From an uncultured Spirochaetales bacterium (GTDB lineage: Bacteria > Spirochaetota > GWE2-31-10 > JAFGQB01): a stretch of 54,529 bases of DNA. The notes below the pieces were generated by a model. The model was not told the DNA's origin. It saw only the letters and a program-made list of their open reading frames with translations, and searched no databases. Every line of letters starts with the position of its first letter. The first letter of the stretch is position 1. The stretch covers positions 1-54,529 of the forward strand of contig CAZHHK010000002.1 in NCBI GenBank assembly GCA_964531405.1, read 5' to 3'. The translations under genes and the position numbers were made by a program. Below are positions 36,221-44,479 of the stretch, in pieces.

Positions 36221-37744
36221 TTACTTCTTACCCATGTAAGGTACGTCTAGCATCTGGCTATTTATTTTGTCATTTGAGAATATCGTACTTAATATTCTTT
36301 TTGCAGGGAATTTTGTTTTAATTCTTTCCAGCTCTTTTTTATAAAGCTCAACATTTTTTTTAGTCTGCATTGATGTCTGACATTCTTTTTCCAAACTTGC
36401 CTGATAGAATTCTTCCAGTCTCTCAGCAATAAAATGATAATTTTCATGAACAAAATCATGATAAATGGAAGCTACATCTCTTATTTCTTCCGATACCTCA
36501 AAAATGGCATCGGATATCCTTAAAAGCTCTCTTATCGTTTCAGGAGTCGGATTTGAAATCCATTCATAAAAAAGCATCTCAAGTCTTTTTTTGATTTTAT
36601 CCTGATTGTAATTTTCCTTGCCATATTGAATATTAGTTTTTATATCATTCAAACAGGCAGTCAATAAATTTATATAAAAACTTAAAATATTCTGCCATTT
36701 TGATGGATTATTCTTTTTTATTTCCTCAGCGAGTTTTTTTGAAGTATTATTTGTATCATCAATATAATTACGCTGCTCAAGATAGATTTCTCTTAAATTA
36801 AGCCTTGTACCTTTAACATCGACCAAAAAAGGATCACTAATACTAAAACTGTTTATAGAAACATGACTGTTTGTAGGAGTATCCTTATACTTTTCATACT
36901 TACGGTATAATTTTTCACTTATTAAAATACCGGATTTATTGGGCTTTTTTGTATTAATTATTTTAGAAATTCTACTCGCTTCAGAAATTAATGAGCCTAT
37001 TATCCTCCCATTTTTATTGATAAAAACCTTGCCGCCTGTTGTAACCGCAGCATTAATCTCAAAGGGTTTTATCATGGGGTTACTGATATCAATATGATGG
37101 AATGCCTTTGGATTAGAGTTTGGATTAAAAGGTTTTTGTCTACATAACTCGATTATACATAATACAGCATCGAAAATGAAAATTGGATTTTCTGGTCCAA
37201 TTATTATGAGAGCATCACCTTCCATTTCATATACAATACATTTACAAAAAGAACATATCGTTTCAATTTTTTGAGGCATTATATCGCCGAATTCCTGTAA
37301 AGGTGTTTTGTTGTATTTAATGTCTTTCGAAAACTCTGTGTATCCATGAAAATCCATGACCGCAACTGTTCCGCTAAAATCATCAAAACTCCTCAACAGA
37401 TCACCGTTTTGATCCACCATCATTGAATATAATTCTGGAAATTTAGTTTTATTTAAACCAGAAAATTCACCCCACCAATAGGATTTAAAAAGCTGCGTGC
37501 TTATATTAAATTGATTTTCTATTTCGTTGTTTAATTCCTGATAGCAGTCAATATTTCTGTTTTTATATGGTATAACAAGATTTTTTGGTATGGTCTCTTC
37601 GACATTTTTTTTAAGTAAGACAAAAAACTTTTTAATAGTGAGTATGCTATTTATTTTTCTTGATACTATTTGAAAATTTATTTCATTAACATTCTTAATA
37701 ATATTATTAAGCACTACCCCAAATAAATGTTCATTTCCAGCCAT
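36221..37744 (-). CDS. Class III nucleotidyl cyclase-like (CHD-like) protein with unknown N- and C-terminal helical extensions
   Basis: 507 aa with three by-eye matches to class III cyclase motifs:
- GTVAVMDFHGYTEFS resembles the hhFxDIxGFT metal-Asp motif.
- YEMEGDALIIIGPE resembles the K-x-IGDaxM second-Asp motif.
- AAVTTGGKVFINKNGRIIGSLISEASRI resembles hGhhxG...GxxVNxAsRh, with Arg present and Ser at the Asn position.
The C-terminal ~200 aa are helical and unassigned. Confidence 0.45.
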   Translation of the reverse strand: MAGNEHLFGVVLNNIIKNVNEINFQIVSRKINSILTIKKFFVLLKKNVEETIPKNLVIPYKNRNIDCYQELNNEIENQFNISTQLFKSYWWGEFSGLNKTKFPELYSMMVDQNGDLLRSFDDFSGTVAVMDFHGYTEFSKDIKYNKTPLQEFGDIMPQKIETICSFCKCIVYEMEGDALIIIGPENPIFIFDAVLCIIELCRQKPFNPNSNPKAFHHIDISNPMIKPFEINAAVTTGGKVFINKNGRIIGSLISEASRISKIINTKKPNKSGILISEKLYRKYEKYKDTPTNSHVSINSFSISDPFLVDVKGTRLNLREIYLEQRNYIDDTNNTSKKLAEEIKKNNPSKWQNILSFYINLLTACLNDIKTNIQYGKENYNQDKIKKRLEMLFYEWISNPTPETIRELLRISDAIFEVSEEIRDVASIYHDFVHENYHFIAERLEEFYQASLEKECQTSMQTKKNVELYKKELERIKTKFPAKRILSTIFSNDKINSQMLDVPYMGKK

Positions 37745-37796
37745 CTATTAAAATCCATTTTTTAGTAAAAATACTATACCATTTTATTTTATAAAA

Positions 37797-38624
37797 TCAA
37801 ATACTTTTAAATATTGTTTCAATTTCATTATTTGATTTAAATTTAATAATTCCATATCTATTATCTTTAACAGCGCCCGGATTAAATATTATAGTATCGT
37901 CAATTTTTGCCGTATTATATAATTCATGAAAATGTCCGCATAATACTAACCGTGGTTTTGTTTTTTTAATTCCTTCGGTTATTATATTTGAGCCTACATT
38001 TGGCAAACCGTTTAACTTATCCAGTGCATTAAATGGCGGAGAATGAGTAAGAATTATTCCCCCTTTAAGACTTTCAACACTTTTAAACAAAATTTCAACT
38101 TCTTCTTCCTTAAAATAATCAAATTTATCTATATAATCCTTTGACGCATTATATGTTTCTTCTTCATCAAGTATATCTATGGAATTATCATTGCCTACAT
38201 TGATACCACTGAATTTCAGTAAAAAATTTAGATTGCTGAATCTAAAAAAATCTAAAATTATTTCTCTGTTGTTCATAAAATAATTTCTATATAATTGCAA
38301 ATCTGCCCATAAATCTCTGCAATAACCTATACCTGCAAGAGGTAAACCATTTACAGTAGTATTTTTTAAGTGGATAAATTTTAATTTTTTTTGCATGTAT
38401 TCTATAACTTTTGGATCTTTATCACAATTTCCGGGTACAACAAAAGTATTTTCAGGGAGATAATCGATAATTTTTCTTACGAGATTTAAATCCGGCTTAG
38501 ACGGATTTAAAAAATCCCCCCCACATAAGATTAAATCATAACCGGAAAAATTTATCATTTTAATAGCTTCATAATTTTGATGTATATCTGTGATGAAAAT
38601 AATATTCATATGCTTATCATTCAT
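37797..38624 (-). CDS. Calcineurin-like metallophosphoesterase (YfcE/MJ0936-like, GNCD type)
   Basis: 275 aa. Motifs occur in order: IFITDIHQ (DxH), CGGDF (GD), VPGNCD (GNxD with Cys, as in YfcE-like phosphodiesterases), LTHSPP and CGHFH (GHxH). A ~100-aa insertion lies between GNCD and the next His. Confidence 0.7.
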   Translation of the reverse strand: MNDKHMNIIFITDIHQNYEAIKMINFSGYDLILCGGDFLNPSKPDLNLVRKIIDYLPENTFVVPGNCDKDPKVIEYMQKKLKFIHLKNTTVNGLPLAGIGYCRDLWADLQLYRNYFMNNREIILDFFRFSNLNFLLKFSGINVGNDNSIDILDEEETYNASKDYIDKFDYFKEEEVEILFKSVESLKGGIILTHSPPFNALDKLNGLPNVGSNIITEGIKKTKPRLVLCGHFHELYNTAKIDDTIIFNPGAVKDNRYGIIKFKSNNEIETIFKSI

Positions 38625-38825
38625 AAAATTAATATATTATAAAGGAAAAATAATTTTAAATCTAGATTAAATTTAGTTAAATTCCCTAAATTTGAGCTCT
38701 GTCCCCTCATTGATAGACGATTATGGTGAATTTTAAAAATACAGAATCATTTACCCTTGACAAATCTTTACATTTTATATATTCTAAAATCTTCTAAAAA
38801 AGCTATTATTTTGGAGAAATATTTA

Positions 38826-39617
38826 ATGGAAATGCAAGAAATTTATACAAATTTAGTCGATTTGCAGAAAATTTTAACTGAAAGATTCAAACTTGAAGAA
38901 AAAATGGAAGAATTGCCAAGAATGCTCTCTTCAAGAATTGAAGTTTTAAATAGATTGAAAAAATCCTATCTTGCTAAACATGAACAGTTTAAAAAACTTG
39001 AAGAAAATATTTTTTCTCATCAAAAAATGATGGGTGAATTATCTCTTCATCAAAAAAGACTTTCAGAAAAAGTAAAAGCGATTTCAACCCAAAGAGAATA
39101 TGAAGCTTTAGACAATGAAATTGCAATGGCTAAAAAAAAAGAAGAAGAATACAGATTTCATCTTTTGCAGGATCAGAGAGTTATCGAAGATTTACGTGGA
39201 GCGTTAAGTAAAGATGAAATAGCAATTAAACAACAGGAAGAGGATATCGTAAAAGAAGAAGAAAGAATCAAATCCGAGTTAGATAAAATTAAAAAAGAGC
39301 ATGAGGCTTTACTAAAAAATGAAGAAAATTTGACTAAAGAAATCGATGAGAATATAAGATATAAATTTGAGAAAATAGTTAAAAATAAAGACGGAATAGG
39401 TATTGTAAGCGTAACAAAAGGATACTGTAACGGTTGTTATCTTGCCATACCTGCAGAATTTATTAATAAAATCAGAGAAAATAAAGAAATTCAGTTTTGC
39501 CCAAATTGTTCCAGAATTTTATTTTACGATGATAACCCAGAGAGTCTATTTGCCATAGATCAAATGGAAGAAGAAGATATTAATGATTTCTTTGGTGATG
39601 ACGATAATGATGAGTAG
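38826..39617 (+). CDS. COG1579-type coiled-coil protein with C-terminal C4 zinc ribbon
   Basis: The ORF track starts at TTG 38757, which is the TTGACA of a likely promoter. ATG 38826 lies 9 nt after GGAG (38813-38816). The protein has a long coiled coil, then CNGCYLAIP...FCPNCSRILF (C4 ribbon) and an acidic tail. Confidence 0.7.
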   Translation: MEMQEIYTNLVDLQKILTERFKLEEKMEELPRMLSSRIEVLNRLKKSYLAKHEQFKKLEENIFSHQKMMGELSLHQKRLSEKVKAISTQREYEALDNEIAMAKKKEEEYRFHLLQDQRVIEDLRGALSKDEIAIKQQEEDIVKEEERIKSELDKIKKEHEALLKNEENLTKEIDENIRYKFEKIVKNKDGIGIVSVTKGYCNGCYLAIPAEFINKIRENKEIQFCPNCSRILFYDDNPESLFAIDQMEEEDINDFFGDDDNDE

Positions 39618-39637
39618 TTTTTTTAGGGTTAATTGTT

Positions 39638-40216
39638 TTGAAAATTAATGATAAAATTATTCTAAATGCACTAAAAAATGATACTGAATCCATAAAGAGA
39701 ATTGCTAACGAACTTAATATTAGTTATGAAGAATTATCTTTATACTTATCAAAGAGTAAAAAAATTAAAAAGCCAACTAATGAAACTGTTATATTTATAG
39801 ACGGAGCTTCCAGAGGCAACCCAGGCGAATCAGGTATAGGCATTAAAATAATTGAAAATAATAAGGCATTAGGGTATTATCGATATATCGGCAAAAAAAC
39901 TAATAATCAAGCTGAATACAATGCATTGATAAATGCCTTAAGGCTCATTGATAAAAATAAAAATCAGTCGATTTCGGTTTTTTCTGATTCGGAGTTATTA
40001 TGCAATCAAATTAATGGTATCTACGCTGTTAAAAACGAAGAAATTGCCAAATTATACAATGAAGCTATTAATTTGATAAAAGGTTTTAAAAATTTTAAAA
40101 TAAAACATATCCCAAGAAGTAAAAACGAAGATGCCGATAAATTGGCAAATATAGCAATAGAAAAAAAACAAAATGGTGAGATAGAGCTTGCAGTCGCCCG
40201 ACCACTAAACTTATAA
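39638..40216 (+). CDS. rnhA: Ribonuclease HI with a ~45-aa N-terminal helical extension
   Basis: 192 aa with a TTG start and no in-frame ATG before the catalytic core. Contains IFIDGASRGNPGESGIG (Asp 1), NNQAEYNALINAL (Glu), VFSDSELL (Asp) and NEDADKLAN (Asp). The last 39 nt overlap the 5' part of rnpB. Confidence 0.8.
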   Translation: MKINDKIILNALKNDTESIKRIANELNISYEELSLYLSKSKKIKKPTNETVIFIDGASRGNPGESGIGIKIIENNKALGYYRYIGKKTNNQAEYNALINALRLIDKNKNQSISVFSDSELLCNQINGIYAVKNEEIAKLYNEAINLIKGFKNFKIKHIPRSKNEDADKLANIAIEKKQNGEIELAVARPLNL

Positions 40217-40306
40217 TAATTGGCTTTTTTTAAAATTTCTGCTTTTAAATTATTAATTTAAAGCAAGAATAAACTTTAGCAAAATATTTAAAGTTTAGTG
40301 GTCGGG
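40195..40306 (+). repeat. Repeat copy 1: long AT-rich hairpin at the rnpB P3 position
   Basis: cgcccgaccactaaacttataataattggcttttttt...gcttttaaattattaatttaaagcaag...aaactttagcaaaatatttaaagtttagtggtcggg. The closing stem cccgaccactaaactt/aagtttagtggtcggg is 16 bp. The sequence is near-identical to 40488-40604. Confidence 0.85.
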
Positions 40307-40352
40307 AGGAAAGTCCGGGCTCCAAAAGACATGATGCCAGATAACTTCTGGG

Positions 40353-40462
40353 TCGAGCACTCAACTGTCTAAATTAGCATACTTATTATTTTTGTTTGAT
40401 GAATATAATCAAAAGCAAAAATGAATAAAAATATTGTTTAATATAAGCAGTTGAGTGCTCGA
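40353..40462 (+). other. Long AT-rich hairpin at the rnpB P9 position
   Basis: tcgagcactcaactg (40353-40367) pairs with cagttgagtgctcga (40448-40462) as a perfect 15-bp closing stem. It encloses an inner hairpin (tttttgtttgat...atcaaaagcaaaaa). Confidence 0.75.
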
Positions 40463-40487
40463 ACGGATAGTGCAACAGAAAATATAC

Positions 40488-40604
40488 CGCCCGACCACTA
40501 AACTTATAATAATTAGCTTTTTTTGGTATTTCTTGCTTTTAAATTATTAATTTAAAGCAAGAAAATATAAACTTTAGCAAAATATTTAAAGTTTAGTGGT
40601 CGGG
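40488..40604 (+). repeat. Repeat copy 2: long AT-rich hairpin at the rnpB P12 position
   Basis: cgcccgaccactaaacttataataattagcttttttt...cttgcttttaaattattaatttaaagcaag...aaactttagcaaaatatttaaagtttagtggtcggg. It differs from copy 1 by a few substitutions and small indels. Confidence 0.85.
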
Positions 40605-40840
40605 TAAGGGTGAAAAGGCGAGGTAAGAGCTTCACCGCATAAATGGCAACATTTATGGCACTGAAAACCCCATCAGGAGCAATATCAAGCAGGGGATGGG
40701 TAGTCTGCTCATTAATCCCCGGGTAGATAGCAATACCATTATAGCAATATAATGGATAGACAGATGACTGCTTTAAACAGAACCCGGCTTACATGTTCTA
40801 TCTCTTTTTTTATAAATTTTATACTTGCCATTAGTTAAGT

Positions 40841-41254
40841 TTATTTGGCTAGTTTGGCTATATAAAAGTATTCCATCTGTATTGAAGCTATAAGATCTAT
40901 AAGGATTTTTTCATAACTTTTTTTATCAACGAAGTTCAGACTTGATAAAACATAATAATCTTTTTCAGCCATGTCGTAAATTCTAAACCAGTTTATTTCA
41001 TTTTTAAATGAATACTTTTCATTATTAAATTCAAATTCTGTAATTATTTTAGCCTCTGGATTTTTGTAAAGCTCTAAATAACGAAAAAGAAAGTCATTGT
41101 TTGAAAAAACAATCTTTATACCATCATAAGTTATATCTTCAATTTCAATATTCTCAGAATAAGTTTTATCTTTTATAAATATGGTTATTTTACCCATAAT
41201 GCTGACTCTATCTCTAAAGGTAATTCTTCTATTTGAGAAATATTTTTTACTCAT
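40841..41254 (-). CDS. Stand-alone PilZ-domain (c-di-GMP-binding) protein
   Basis: 137 aa. The N-terminal RRITFR matches the RRxxxR motif exactly. DITYDG lies ~30 residues later and is close to (D/N)x(S/A)xxG. Confidence 0.6.
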   Translation of the reverse strand: MSKKYFSNRRITFRDRVSIMGKITIFIKDKTYSENIEIEDITYDGIKIVFSNNDFLFRYLELYKNPEAKIITEFEFNNEKYSFKNEINWFRIYDMAEKDYYVLSSLNFVDKKSYEKILIDLIASIQMEYFYIAKLAK

Positions 41255-41426
41255 TTTAAAACCTTTTTTATAATGTAGTTATTTTTTCGGAATGTTTATT
41301 TTTATACTTAACAGTATGCTTCCTATTATGCCAAAGAAGTCATGAAAGGATCGGTTTTGAATTTAGTAACTAATGAAATATCAAATACTATATCATACAG
41401 TATTTAATGTAACTAAAAATAAAAAA

Positions 41427-43022
41427 TTATTCATTAGACAATCTGATTAAATCTTCTAGCTTTTCCAGTGCTTTTTTTGATCTGGCTATTTCTCTGGCAA
41501 GGTCGTATCCTTCTCTTATACTTCCAGACAATCCATAAACATAAAAAGCAGCCCCTGCATTAAGATAAGCTAAATCCGCTTTTGGAGAATCCTCCCCGGT
41601 AATTACACTTAAAGTGATGCTTTTATTTGTTTCTACGTCACCACCTGCCAATTCACTGTGATCGTAGAGTTTGAGTCCTATAGACTCCGGATTAAAAATA
41701 TATGATCTAATCCAGCCTTCATTTAATTCGGTTATTTTTGTAGGCGCGGTAAGGGATATCTCGTCAAGCCCGTCTAACCCGTGAACAACCAAAGCTCTCT
41801 TAATACCAAGCAGGTTTAATGCCTGACACATTGTTTCAGTAAGATCTTTATCAAAAACTCCTATTATCTGATGTGTCGCATAACCTGGATTTGACAGAGG
41901 ACCAACAAGATTAAATATTGTCCTATAGCCCACGCTTGCCCTTGCATTTGCCGCATGACGCATTGCGCCATGAAATTTTCTTGCAAACAAAAACGTCAAT
42001 CCAATTTTATTAAAAATCTCAAAACATTTTTCATTGGAAATATCTATGTTGACTCCAAGTTTCTCAAATAAATCGGCACTTCCGCTTTTTGATGTTACTG
42101 CTCTATTGCCATGTTTTACAACTTTGGCTCCCCCAGCCGAAGCAAGAAGAGATACGATAGTCGATACATTAAATGTTTTTGAATCTTTTGAGCCTCCAGT
42201 ACCACATGTGTCGAGTCTTTTTTCATCAGGACTGCAAGCAGGAAAACTCAATGCTTTTTTCTTAAGCACTCCAGCAAATCCAGCGAGCTCTTCGGCTGTT
42301 ACGCCTTTCATCTGGAGACTTGCAAGCATTGACCCAATTTGAGCTTCACTCAAATTGCCTTCCGTAAGCTCATCCATAATATCATAAGCTTCACTTTGTG
42401 AAAGATTTTTTTTATCAATCAAATGATGGAGATATTTTTTAATCGGCACTGCATCATGTCTATAATTCAAGAAATTTTTAACCATTATTTCTCCGTCCTT
42501 TGTACCTATACTCTCAGGATGAAATTGCACGCCGACCAGACAATAATCCTTATGCTCGACAGCCATAACCTCACCGTCTTCCGCTTTTGCAGAGATGGTA
42601 AAACAATCAGGTATATCATTTTCTTTTGCTGCTAAAGAATGGTATCTTGTTGCAAAAGTAGGTTGTGCGATATTCCTGAATATTCCTTTTTCATTATGAT
42701 TGATCCTGTCGACTTTACCATGAACAATCCGTGAAGCGCTTACTATGGGTACATCAAATGCCGCAAGTATCGACTGATGTCCCAAGCATACACCAAAAAT
42801 TGGATATTTACCTTTTAATTTTTTTACCGTATCTATGCATATTCCAGCTTCATAAGGAGTACCAGGACCCGGTGAAACAACTATATGTGAAGGATTCATC
42901 TGAATGATTTCATCAACTGTAATTTTATCCGATCGAACAACCTTAAGGTTGCAATTTAATTTTAAAAATAGTTGATAAAGATTATATGTAAAAGAATCAT
43001 AATTGTCCAGTAATAGTATCAT
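41427..43022 (-). CDS. trpGD: Bifunctional anthranilate synthase component II (glutamine amidotransferase) / anthranilate phosphoribosyltransferase
   Basis: 531 aa. The N-terminal GATase has LLLDNYDSFTYNL, GVCLGHQ and QFHPES. The C-terminal TrpD has DTCGTGGSKDSKTFNVST, KHGNRAVTSKSGSADL and NLVGPLSNP. Confidence 0.9.
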   Translation of the reverse strand: MILLLDNYDSFTYNLYQLFLKLNCNLKVVRSDKITVDEIIQMNPSHIVVSPGPGTPYEAGICIDTVKKLKGKYPIFGVCLGHQSILAAFDVPIVSASRIVHGKVDRINHNEKGIFRNIAQPTFATRYHSLAAKENDIPDCFTISAKAEDGEVMAVEHKDYCLVGVQFHPESIGTKDGEIMVKNFLNYRHDAVPIKKYLHHLIDKKNLSQSEAYDIMDELTEGNLSEAQIGSMLASLQMKGVTAEELAGFAGVLKKKALSFPACSPDEKRLDTCGTGGSKDSKTFNVSTIVSLLASAGGAKVVKHGNRAVTSKSGSADLFEKLGVNIDISNEKCFEIFNKIGLTFLFARKFHGAMRHAANARASVGYRTIFNLVGPLSNPGYATHQIIGVFDKDLTETMCQALNLLGIKRALVVHGLDGLDEISLTAPTKITELNEGWIRSYIFNPESIGLKLYDHSELAGGDVETNKSITLSVITGEDSPKADLAYLNAGAAFYVYGLSGSIREGYDLAREIARSKKALEKLEDLIRLSNE

Positions 43023-43024
43023 GT

Positions 43025-44479
43025 TTATTCTCCCTCTTTTTTCTTTATGCCTAAAGCAGTCATCAAAGCTGCCACTTTATTTTCAGTTTCTTCAAATTCT
43101 TTTTCAGGATCAGAGTCATAAACAACTCCAGCACCAGCCTGAAGCCATATTTTATTATTTTTATATACAGCACACCTTATGACTATACAACTGTCAAACG
43201 ATCCATCCTTTTCAAAGTAACCAACCAACCCTGCATAAGGACCTCTCCTGCAATTTTCAAGTCGATCTATAGTTTTAACAGCCTGGATTTTTGGAGCACC
43301 TGACACAGTACCTGCAGGGAATGTCGCTTTTATAGCATCTTCAGTTGTCATGCCTGGAGCAAGTTTGCCCTCGACCTGACTTACAAGGTGCATAACCTTT
43401 GAATAGCGCTCAACTATCATTTCATCAACAACTTTTACCGATCCACCTACACTGACTCTACCAACATCGTTTCGTCCGAGATCAACAAGCATTAAATGCT
43501 CGGCTTTTTCCTTAATATCATTGGTCAATTCATTCTCTAAAGCCAAATCCTCTTCTCTTGTTTTGCCTCTTTTGCGTGTACCGGCAATAGGTCTGACTAT
43601 TACTTTTCCGTTTTTTACTTTCACCATAACTTCCGGGGAAGCACCAAATATTACGAAATCCTTAAAGTCAAGATAAAGCATATAAGGTGACGGATTTTTC
43701 ATCCTCAAATTCCGATATGCTACAACAGGAGATAAATCGGTATCAATCTCTATCCTTCTTGAAGGCACACACTGGAAGAGATTCCCCTTTATTATTTCTT
43801 CTTTTACAATGCTGACTATATTCATATAATTTTGTTTATCATCCGGATTATAAACAACTTTTGATTCCTTTTCCTCAAAGATCGGATCATCGAATTTTTC
43901 AGCTAAAATTCTCTTAATATTATCATCAATACTTTCCAATTCTTTTTCAAGATCGATGTCCGCAATCTCGCCATCATATTTAACGGCTGCTATTATAGCC
44001 TGATCATGAAGATGATCAAATATCAAAAAAGTCCTGCCAAATATGAATGCCGAATCATAAAGTCCTCTGTCGTCGGTAGTAAATTTAAAATTTATTTCCT
44101 CAATCTCGTCAAAAAATTCATAACCCAAATAACCTACTCCACCTAATGGAAGAGGAAATTCATAAAGCTCTTTGTCCTCAGGAGCCCTGTTTCTGAATTC
44201 TTTTAAAATTTCTAAAAAACCGCCGCTTTTTGATTTTATAAGATAATCCTTACCGTTGTAATCTTTAAGATAATATTTGCCATTTTTTTTATATATTAAA
44301 AATGCTTCCTTCAAAACAATTATTGAATACCTGCTTTTGCCCTGCACAGTATCTGCGGATTCAAGTAACACTTTTAATCCCATCTGGGAAAGTATTTTGA
44401 CTGGAGTAAGACGATCTGCAGCAATTGTTTTAATCAGGATTTTTGATTGATTTTGAGATTTATTTGATAGATTAAACAT
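43025..44479 (-). CDS. trpE: Anthranilate synthase component I
   Basis: 484 aa. Contains chorismate-binding motifs (GASPEVMVKV, RPIAGTRKRG, DLGRNDVGRV, GTVSGAPKIQA, RGPYAGLVGYF). It lies 2 nt upstream of trpGD. Confidence 0.85.
   Translation of the reverse strand: MFNLSNKSQNQSKILIKTIAADRLTPVKILSQMGLKVLLESADTVQGKSRYSIIVLKEAFLIYKKNGKYYLKDYNGKDYLIKSKSGGFLEILKEFRNRAPEDKELYEFPLPLGGVGYLGYEFFDEIEEINFKFTTDDRGLYDSAFIFGRTFLIFDHLHDQAIIAAVKYDGEIADIDLEKELESIDDNIKRILAEKFDDPIFEEKESKVVYNPDDKQNYMNIVSIVKEEIIKGNLFQCVPSRRIEIDTDLSPVVAYRNLRMKNPSPYMLYLDFKDFVIFGASPEVMVKVKNGKVIVRPIAGTRKRGKTREEDLALENELTNDIKEKAEHLMLVDLGRNDVGRVSVGGSVKVVDEMIVERYSKVMHLVSQVEGKLAPGMTTEDAIKATFPAGTVSGAPKIQAVKTIDRLENCRRGPYAGLVGYFEKDGSFDSCIVIRCAVYKNNKIWLQAGAGVVYDSDPEKEFEETENKVAALMTALGIKKKEGE

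Larger units (their letters stand above)
40178..40804 (+). ncRNA. rnpB: RNase P RNA, bacterial type A, unusually long (~627 nt)
   Basis: Core strings occur in the canonical order:
- GAGGAAAGTCCGGGCTCC (40306-40323)
- GATGCCAGATAACTTCTGGG (P8-like)
- GTGCAACAGAAA
- GGTAAGGGTGAAAAGGCGAGGTAAGAGC (from 40603)
- GGCACTGAAAACCCCATCAGGAGCAA
- CCCGGGTAGATAGC
- ACAGAACCCGGCTTA (40777-40791)
P1 is gagatagagc (40178-40187) paired with gttctatctc (40795-40804). P2 is gcagtc (40190-40195) paired with gactgc (40766-40771). A T-run follows at 40805-40811. Ends are accurate to about +/-10 nt. Confidence 0.9.

Noticed and set aside
38694-38706. Shared agctctgtccc 11-mer with 47866-47878
   Set aside because: The match is too short to be significant at this window size, and the two sites share no context.
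38757-38825. TTG-initiated N-terminal extension of the COG1579 protein proposed by the ORF track
   Set aside because: The TTG is the first half of a TTGACA -35-like hexamer. The extension (MTNLYILYILKSS...) looks non-coding, and a GGAG RBS precedes the ATG at 38826.
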